Source: a virus
Taxonomy: Duplodnaviria > Caudoviricetes
Direction: 5' to 3' (one strand)
IMG/VR virus record: IMGVR_UViG_3300037071_000543
Span: 1 to 53,731 of that record
DNA: 53,731 nt
The notes beneath the pieces are model-generated. The model was not told the origin of the DNA. It ran no database searches and saw only the letters and a program-made list of their open reading frames with translations. The translations under genes and the position numbers were made by a program. Shown here one piece after another: positions 47,224 to 53,731 of this stretch (position 1 is the stretch's first letter; every line of letters begins with the position of its first letter).

Positions 47224-48197
47224 CTGACGCATGGGAATCTTGGCGGAAGCGGCTTGTGGACCCGCGCATTCCGATCACCACCACCCCTGAATGGGGTTTC
47301 TACAAGACCCGCTACGAGAACAAGCCTTGGGAGCCGGTCGCCATCTGGCAGGACGAAAACGGCAAGTGGATCGCGTACCGCTCCGGGAAGGAAGTCGAGA
47401 CCGAGAAGATCGACAAGCTATGGGAGTGGTGCTGCGGTCGACCGATCACGGAAGAGGCCTACGACAAGGCGGTTGAGACCGGCGAGTGGGACGGCGACGA
47501 CCCGACCGTGGCCAGCATGATCGGCCACAATGTCGGTGATATTTCCGATGTCGAGCTTCTGAAGGACCAGATCGAAAACGCCAAGCAGGGAGCCGACGCC
47601 TACCGCAAGATCACGTCCGACGATCAGGCGGCGAAGGCGCAGTCGCTCCGGGCGCGGATGAACGAACTCGCCGGGCTCGCGGACAAAAAGCGCGAGGCGC
47701 TGAAAAAGCCGCACCTTGAGGCCGGGCGGCAGGTGGATGCCGAATGGCAACCGATCATCAAGGACGCCAAGGCGGTCGCTGACGTGCTGCGCAAGGCGAT
47801 CGAGGATCACGAAACGGCGAAGCTGCAAGAGCGCCGCCGCATCGAACGCGAACGGCAGCGGGCAGAGCAGGAGAGATTGGCCGAGGAAGAGCGCGCCCGG
47901 GAGGAAGCGCGCGCCGCCGAAGCCGCAGGACGGACGGTCGTGTTACCCCCGACGCCTGCACCTCTCCCGCCCCCGCTGCCACCGCCAGAGACCAAGGTCA
48001 AGGGCACCTATGGCCGGGCCGCCAATGTCGGCACGGAACTGGTCGTCACCGCCGTCATCGATCAGGACGCGCTCTACCACTTCCTGCGGGAGCATAACGA
48101 CCTGCGGCGGTGCCTGTACGATCTTGCGACCCGGGCGGTGCGGGCCGGGCACAATCCTCCCGGCATCACCTACGAAGAAAGGGCGAAGGTCACATGA
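47220..48197 (+). CDS. Coiled-coil protein of the recombination module
   Basis: PEWGFYK...WEPVAIW, IGHN, KKPHLEAGRQVDAEW, PGITYEE. Confidence 0.6.
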   Translation: MTDAWESWRKRLVDPRIPITTTPEWGFYKTRYENKPWEPVAIWQDENGKWIAYRSGKEVETEKIDKLWEWCCGRPITEEAYDKAVETGEWDGDDPTVASMIGHNVGDISDVELLKDQIENAKQGADAYRKITSDDQAAKAQSLRARMNELAGLADKKREALKKPHLEAGRQVDAEWQPIIKDAKAVADVLRKAIEDHETAKLQERRRIERERQRAEQERLAEEERAREEARAAEAAGRTVVLPPTPAPLPPPLPPPETKVKGTYGRAANVGTELVVTAVIDQDALYHFLREHNDLRRCLYDLATRAVRAGHNPPGITYEERAKVT

Positions 48198-48655
48198 CGA
48201 TCGAGTTCATCAAGGGCCGGAATTTCACCGAGTCGGATTTTTTCGAGTTCATCGGCCCGCCCGGCAACGGCAAGACCCTTTCGCCGCTGCCGCATGCGGA
48301 GCCGATCGACCCGCTGGAGTTCTTGAATCTGCTGGCCAGCGGCGGCCACGGCATGGTTCCTAAATGGGGCTACGCCCGCTTGCCGGAAGATGAGTTTCGT
48401 AATACACGTAGCCAGTGGACCCAGTTCTTTCTGACCACCCACATGGGGCGCGGGCTCGACGGCAGCGGCTACGCGGTCACATGGGGCGGAGCCCGGTGGA
48501 TCGACGGCAAGGCGTATCAAACGCCGATCGTCCGGCGCTTTGCCATCTGCAAGCATGAGAAGGAAGACGCGCCGGGCGCGAATCACTCGCGCGGCTGGCA
48601 TCCCGGGCACTGCAAGCTGTGCGGGATGGATATGTCCTACGATAGCGGAGATTGA
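48194..48655 (+). CDS. Hypothetical protein with C-terminal Cys/His cluster
   Basis: ICKHE...RGWHPGHCKLCG. Confidence 0.6.
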   Translation: MTIEFIKGRNFTESDFFEFIGPPGNGKTLSPLPHAEPIDPLEFLNLLASGGHGMVPKWGYARLPEDEFRNTRSQWTQFFLTTHMGRGLDGSGYAVTWGGARWIDGKAYQTPIVRRFAICKHEKEDAPGANHSRGWHPGHCKLCGMDMSYDSGD

Positions 48656-49698
48656 AATTGGCCAACGAAGTCGCGCTGCAACCGTCCCGCCTGCCGATCG
48701 CCCCGGCGATCGCCAAGGAATACGACCTCTCCCCGGCAAGCTGGCGGGTGCTGGTCGAGCAGACATTCCCAGCTGCCAAGACGGTCGAGGCCGTGCTCAT
48801 GGCGCTGGCCTACTGCCACGCCCGCAAGCTCGACATCTTCAAGCGGCCAGTCCACATCGTCCCTATGTGGAGCCCGCAAAAGGGCGACTACATCGAAACC
48901 GTGTGGGAGGGCATCGCCTCGATCCGCACCACCGCGAGCCGGACAGGCGAATACGCGGGCATCGACGCGGTGGAGTTCGGCCCGGTGGTCGAGCAGACAT
49001 TTCGCGGCGAGGCCTACGACTACAAGGCCAAGCGCATGGAGCCGATCCAGAAGGACGTGCTCTACCCGGAATGGGCGTCGGTCGTGGTCTACCGGATCAT
49101 CAAGGGCGTCAAGTGCGCCTTCCATGCCAAGGTCCACTGGCGCGAGATGTACGCGACGATGGGCAAGTCTGGCGTGCCCAACGAGATGTGGACGAAAAGG
49201 CCGTTCGGCCAGATCGACAAGTGCGTCGAGGCCGCCGCGCTGCGCAAGGCTTTCCCGGAGGAACTGGGCAACACCTACATCTCCGATGAGATGGAGGGCC
49301 GGACGATCGACGCGGAGGCTGGCCCGGTTGCCGAGGTGAAGCCACGGCTGGCACCGCCGAAGCCGCCTGCCAAGGAGGAGACCAAGCAGATCGAGGCGGA
49401 GCCCGAGAAGACCAAGGCGGAGCCGAAAAAGACCCCGCCGAAGCCGCCGACCGCCAAGAAGGAACCGGAACCGGAGGAGGAAGGTGAGGCCGAAGGCGAG
49501 GCCGAGCAGGCCGAGACCCCCGGCGACATGCTGTCGATGCTGGATGAGGCGCTGTCGGCGGCCACGACCGTCGAAGAGGTCGAGCAAATCTATGACGAAT
49601 CGGACATCGAGGCCGCGCTCCAGAGCCATCAGAACGGAGACCAGTTTGCTGGCGTGGCGCTGGGCATCAAGCGCAGGCACATGAAGCGGGTGGCGTGA
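48652..49698 (+). CDS. bet: Bet/RecT-family single-strand annealing protein
   Basis: YCHARKLDIFKRPVHIVPMW, GIASIRTTASRTGEYAG, MWTKRPFGQIDKCVEAAALRKAFPE. Confidence 0.88.
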   Translation: MKLANEVALQPSRLPIAPAIAKEYDLSPASWRVLVEQTFPAAKTVEAVLMALAYCHARKLDIFKRPVHIVPMWSPQKGDYIETVWEGIASIRTTASRTGEYAGIDAVEFGPVVEQTFRGEAYDYKAKRMEPIQKDVLYPEWASVVVYRIIKGVKCAFHAKVHWREMYATMGKSGVPNEMWTKRPFGQIDKCVEAAALRKAFPEELGNTYISDEMEGRTIDAEAGPVAEVKPRLAPPKPPAKEETKQIEAEPEKTKAEPKKTPPKPPTAKKEPEPEEEGEAEGEAEQAETPGDMLSMLDEALSAATTVEEVEQIYDESDIEAALQSHQNGDQFAGVALGIKRRHMKRVA

Positions 49699-50597
49699 TG
49701 GCTGTCTCGCGCGGCAAGGTCAGCGACGGGCCAAAGATTTCGATGGTGGTCGAGAAGGGCCGACTGGTCCCTGCGTCCGCCTTCGACTTCGAATTGCTCA
49801 ACGCATGGCGCGAGGGCGCGATCGTCAACGTCAGCCCCGTGCTGGCCCAAAACAGGCCGCTGGAGCGCCGCTACTTCGCGATGCTATCCAAGCTCATCAA
49901 GGTCGCGGAAACGCCTTGGACGAACACCGAGGCGGCGCACGAAGCGATTAAGCTGGCGACCGGGTTTGTCGAGCCGTACCAGAGGAAAAACGGCGAGTGG
50001 GCTGCGGACGCGCGCCACATCTCGACGTTCACCGACACCGAATTGCAGGAGTTTTTCGAACTGTTCTGCGGCATTGTGCGCAGGCGGTTCGAGATTGACC
50101 CGGACACCCTGCGCAAGGAAGCGCCGGACACGGGCTCTCTTCCATCCAGATCGTCGGAGGCTTCCAGCGCGACTGCCGGAACCGACGATGGCCCCGGCGT
50201 TGACCCTATCCCGGTCGACGCTGGGGAACCTTTCTCCTCTGCCCCCCCGGCTTTGGTGGAGGACGAACCGGAGGCGGGTGATGTTTCTCCATCGTCACCC
50301 GCCGATGGTCCGCTCACCAAGGAAGACATGGCTTGGCTGAAGACGGCGGCGCGCATGCTGGTCGCGGCCACGGCTGTCGGCGGTGGTGTGTCAGAGGTCA
50401 CCGTTCTCGACCGGCAATGGGCGGCGATCCTCCGCTACAACACCGCCCGGTCAGTCACCCCGCAGGCCCGCGCGATCGCGCTGCGCATTCACGAATATTG
50501 CGATGCGGCGGTCGTCGGCGGAGGTCCGTTCGAGCGCGACTGGATCGCCAATATGGCAGGCTGCAAGGTCGAGGATTTGCGCCCGGAGGCACGATGA
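49695..50597 (+). CDS. Hypothetical protein, NinB/DUF1367-like N-terminus
   Basis: RRYFAML...HEAIKLATG...HISTFTDTELQEFF. Confidence 0.5.
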   Translation: MMAVSRGKVSDGPKISMVVEKGRLVPASAFDFELLNAWREGAIVNVSPVLAQNRPLERRYFAMLSKLIKVAETPWTNTEAAHEAIKLATGFVEPYQRKNGEWAADARHISTFTDTELQEFFELFCGIVRRRFEIDPDTLRKEAPDTGSLPSRSSEASSATAGTDDGPGVDPIPVDAGEPFSSAPPALVEDEPEAGDVSPSSPADGPLTKEDMAWLKTAARMLVAATAVGGGVSEVTVLDRQWAAILRYNTARSVTPQARAIALRIHEYCDAAVVGGGPFERDWIANMAGCKVEDLRPEAR

Positions 50598-51008
50598 AGA
50601 TCAACCTCGCGAAGGACGAATCGGAACGCGAGTTCGACTGGGAACTCCACTCTTGGAGCATCCCGAACCCGGAGGGTGCGCCCGGTCATTTCAACATCTG
50701 GCACCAAGACGGCGGGATCGCGCTCTCCAACGATGAAGACCTGTACGAATCCATCCAGATGGATACCGCCGAGGAGGTCGACCAACTGATCGAGCGGCTG
50801 ATCGCGGCGAGAAAGGACGTGTTTGGTGTACACGAACAAGGAGAAGGCTGACGAAGCCCGGCGCGAGGTGGGCTACCGCGAGCACGTCTATGAGCGGCGC
50901 GTCAATGACGGGAAGATGTCCCGGCAGACTGCCGATCGGCGGATCGCGATCATGAAGGAAATCCAAGAGGAATATGAAGCCGCAGCCGCGACGGAGCGAC
51001 TGCTTTAA
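50594..51008 (+). CDS. Two small hypothetical genes (50594-50851, ~50823-51008)
   Basis: Coupled ORFs; the second has the REVGYREHVY...GKMS motif. Confidence 0.55.
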
Positions 51009-51022
51009 CAGGAGACTGGCAA

Positions 51023-51463
51023 ATGGGAATTTTCGGAAAACTTCTTGGCTCCAAGGCCAAGGACGCCGTGCAGAAATTCAGCGGCAACACCGACTTCCTT
51101 GAGGCGCTGTGCGCCGGGTGCGCGCTCACCGCTGCGGCGGAAGGCGGGATCGATGACAAGGAGTTCGACACCACGCTGAAGGTCATTCAGGCCAACAGCG
51201 CGATCGCTGCCGGGTTTTCGACACGCGACATTGAAAGCGCGTTCTCGCGGATGGCCCCGAAGACCGGCACGCGCATGGGCAAGAGCGAACTCAAACGGGA
51301 GATTGAGGAGGCGGTGGCGCGCGACAAGAACATGGGCGAGGCGATCGTGCTGGCCTGCCTCGACGTGGCCGATACGGGCGGCATCAGCCCGGAGGAAGAG
51401 ACGGTGATGAAGACGATCGCCGAAATCTGTCAGGTGAATTACGAAAAGCTGAAGGCCGGTTGA
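51023..51463 (+). CDS. terB: TerB-family (tellurite-resistance-like) protein
   Basis: DFLEALCAGCALTAAAEGGIDDKE...LDVADTGGISPEE. Confidence 0.8.
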   Translation: MGIFGKLLGSKAKDAVQKFSGNTDFLEALCAGCALTAAAEGGIDDKEFDTTLKVIQANSAIAAGFSTRDIESAFSRMAPKTGTRMGKSELKREIEEAVARDKNMGEAIVLACLDVADTGGISPEEETVMKTIAEICQVNYEKLKAG

Positions 51464-51464
51464 A

Positions 51465-51674
51465 ATGAAATTCCAATCCGATCCGCCCCCTGTGACGGAC
51501 AGGGCGCTCGACTGGGCGCGGCAGCGCATTCTCGGGGTCGCCATATCGGCGGCCTCCTTCGTCACGCTGGTCAGCCTGATCGCCCCGGCGTGGCTCGACT
51601 TCCTGCTCGACCTGTCGATGGTCGGGCTGATCGCTCTGGTCGGGAAGCTGGCGAGGAAGAAGGTGCCGAAATGA
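51465..51674 (+). CDS. Two-TM membrane protein
   Basis: Two hydrophobic segments and a basic C-terminus. Confidence 0.6.
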   Translation: MKFQSDPPPVTDRALDWARQRILGVAISAASFVTLVSLIAPAWLDFLLDLSMVGLIALVGKLARKKVPK

Positions 51675-52138
51675 GGTGCAATTTTTGCGACATCATTCTG
51701 AATGCCGACCCGGGCGAAGGCCCAATCGAGAACGGCCAGATTTCACTGTGCGCCAACTGCGGCGAGTGGCATGTGGTCGACGGCCCGGATAGCCTGCGCA
51801 AGCCGACGCCCGAGGAGTACGAGACGATCGTGACCACTCCCGAGTACAAGACCATCCGGGCGATGTGGAGGGTCGTCAACGAAGAGTTGAGTGGGGAGGA
51901 GGCCGGGCTGACATTCCGGGCGGAGTGGGAAGAATACCGGCAAATGGTCTGCAAAAAGCTGGGTCCGAAAGGGCAGCGGTATGTCAATGACGCCTTCTAT
52001 GCGGGCGCTATCAGCCTGCTAAAGTGCCTGAAGGACACCGCGAACGGGGCCACCGCCAGAGATGACAAGTTCGACGCCTTCAAAGGATTGCACGCGGAAC
52101 TGGCGGCCTACATCGAGTTCAGGAGGATCAATCGATGA
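51671..52138 (+). CDS. Zn-ribbon hypothetical protein
   Basis: CNFC...CANCG; AFYAGA. Confidence 0.6.
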   Translation: MRCNFCDIILNADPGEGPIENGQISLCANCGEWHVVDGPDSLRKPTPEEYETIVTTPEYKTIRAMWRVVNEELSGEEAGLTFRAEWEEYRQMVCKKLGPKGQRYVNDAFYAGAISLLKCLKDTANGATARDDKFDAFKGLHAELAAYIEFRRINR

Positions 52139-52488
52139 GCTTGGAAGAATCCGACGCGGCTGCTGCCGCCGTCCAGAAAACGCCGAACCGGGTGACCCTC
52201 GACTACATCAGGTCACGGATCGCCTACGAGCATGTCTACACGCTCGACACGGCGGGCGACGAAGCCCGGTGGCCGAATGACTTCAACCCGTGGGTCCATA
52301 CCTGCTGCGCGATGGTCCTGAAAAACGGATTCGTCGTGTTCGGCCACTCCGCGCCCGCCGACCCGGAGAACTACAACGCGGAGCTTGGCGCGAAATTCGC
52401 CCGGGAGGATTGCATCCGGCAGATATGGAAGCTGGAGGCCTACCTGCTGCGCGAGCAGATGATGGATCAAGGGGCGTCCAATGACTGA
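52135..52488 (+). CDS. tad1: Gp49/Phage_gp49_66 (Tad1-like) anti-defence sponge
   Basis: RVTLDYI...TCCAMVLKNGFVVFGHSAPADPENYNAELG...IWKLEAYLL. Confidence 0.8.
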   Translation: MSLEESDAAAAAVQKTPNRVTLDYIRSRIAYEHVYTLDTAGDEARWPNDFNPWVHTCCAMVLKNGFVVFGHSAPADPENYNAELGAKFAREDCIRQIWKLEAYLLREQMMDQGASND

Positions 52489-52684
52489 CCGGATGCTTCA
52501 GTTTTTCGCCCATAACGACATGCCGGACAATGAGATGGACGTGGCGATCCAGTTCGACACGCTGGCCCATCAGGTCGTCAAGAACCTGCCACGCACGCCC
52601 GAGCGCACGGTCTGCCTGCGCAAGCTGCTTGAGGCGAGGGATTGCGCGCTGCGCTGCCTGATCGAGGACCAGCATGTCGGGTGA
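52481..52684 (+). CDS. Helical-hairpin protein, possibly Acb2-like sponge
   Basis: LQFFAH...LAHQVVKNLPRTPERTVCLRKLLEARDCALR. Confidence 0.5.
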   Translation: MTDRMLQFFAHNDMPDNEMDVAIQFDTLAHQVVKNLPRTPERTVCLRKLLEARDCALRCLIEDQHVG

Positions 52685-52928
52685 TGAATACCGCGCGGTC
52701 ACCGCGACGGTCTTGCGAGTAAGCCCCAACTCGTTCGAAATCCGCACGCCTCCGACCCGGATTGAAAGCCGGACGCCGGGGGCGCGCACCGCGATTCCGC
52801 GATCGCTGATCCACGGGGCGGACGATCGCTACATCGAGACCATGCTGCCGCGCGGCGCGGTCGAGCCGTTCGAGTGGACGTTCCGGCTGGTCGAGTGGAA
52901 GGCCGAGCAACTGGGGCTGGCCGGATAA
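52674..52928 (+). CDS. Hypothetical protein
   Basis: AIPRSLI...EWKAEQLGL. Confidence 0.55.
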   Translation: MSGDEYRAVTATVLRVSPNSFEIRTPPTRIESRTPGARTAIPRSLIHGADDRYIETMLPRGAVEPFEWTFRLVEWKAEQLGLAG

Positions 52929-53285
52929 ATGGGCATCGTCTCAAAGCGCCTCCGCGATTCCGCCAAGGGCCGCGACTGCACCTTGCGCTTTGACTGCTGC
53001 AACTTCCTGCCGGAAACGACCGTGCTGGCCCACCTGCCGAGCCCCGTGGGAGGCGTTGCGACCAAGGGCGATGATTGGCATGCGGTGTTCGCTTGCGCCG
53101 CCTGCCATGCCGCGCTGGACGAAAGCCGCTACCTCAACGCCACGGCTGGCTATGCCCTGCGTGCCCTGCAAAGAACGCAGGCGATTTGGGTCGCGGAAGG
53201 ATTGCTTGTCGTCGCGGGCGATCGCGAGCCCAAGCCGCGCCCGACCACCTCCAAGAACCTGCCACCAAAGAGGCTGTTCAAATGA
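52929..53285 (+). CDS. DUF1364/YbcO-family HNH-like nuclease
   Basis: LRDSAKGRDCTLR...CNFLPETTVLAH...KGDD...FACAACH..LD. Confidence 0.85.
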   Translation: MGIVSKRLRDSAKGRDCTLRFDCCNFLPETTVLAHLPSPVGGVATKGDDWHAVFACAACHAALDESRYLNATAGYALRALQRTQAIWVAEGLLVVAGDREPKPRPTTSKNLPPKRLFK

Positions 53286-53443
53286 ACCCGCATGCCGCCT
53301 ACGCTCTGGCCCACCCGGTCTTCGACCCGGAGACGCAAATCACCCGCGCCTACTTCTGGCGCGATGGCCGCCTCAGTCTAGGGCTGACCGTCAATATCGG
53401 CATGGAATGAATCCGCTACGCCGATGGCCGACCACTCTGGCAG

Positions 53444-53704
53444 TTGAGCATCGCGCTCACCAAGAGTGATGGGTCAGTGGTGCCGGTGCTCCGTTGGAGT
53501 CCGAATGCAAGGCGGAAGATCGAGGCGGCCCGGGATGCGATCTTCCGGCAGATCGGCACGACCGAGCCGCTGATCGAGGAGGAAGGCGTGTCGCCATTCG
53601 GCGCGCATATCGTCTCGATCAACTGGCGCAAGCCGCTCAAGATCGAGGAAGTGAACCAGATGGGCCAGACGCCCGAGGTCAAGGTGCGACCGGGCCGGGC
53701 TTAA
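53444..53704 (+). CDS. Hypothetical protein
   Basis: Last complete ORF on the plus strand; start uncertain. Confidence 0.4.
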   Translation: MSIALTKSDGSVVPVLRWSPNARRKIEAARDAIFRQIGTTEPLIEEEGVSPFGAHIVSINWRKPLKIEEVNQMGQTPEVKVRPGRA

Positions 53705-53731
53705 CGGGAGTTCCTGCCTTCGTGCGGCTTT

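Overview
This window is most of a high-GC tailed-phage genome with podovirus-type architecture. The host is probably an alphaproteobacterium, judging by GapR-like, BrnA-like, DUF1419-like and DnaA-domain-IV-like genes. Positions 1-31043 run on the minus strand. From right to left they encode a VRR-NUC nuclease, an AAA_25/RepA-type helicase with a repeat-rich candidate origin, TerS, and a P22-gp2-type large terminase split into two genes about 9.2 kb apart (27148-27936 and 17216-17965). They continue with portal, scaffold, N4-gp56-family major capsid protein, adaptor, nozzle, tail fibre, a GNAT-like protein and ejection proteins, one with a lytic transglycosylase domain. The DNA between the terminase halves carries small accessory genes, including a Tad2/DUF2829 sponge, and a second virion module with a 1262-aa repeat protein. 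Positions 31100-53731 are mostly plus-strand early/middle genes: Cro/YdaS-like, GapR-like, MT-A70 methyltransferase, DUF3560, DUF6011, Bet recombinase, TerB, Tad1-like, Acb2-hairpin-like and YbcO/DUF1364. Two families of operator-like palindromes overlap the promoters. I saw no integrase, CI repressor, DNA polymerase, endolysin, tRNA or CRISPR array. All family calls come from motif recognition by eye, without database searches.
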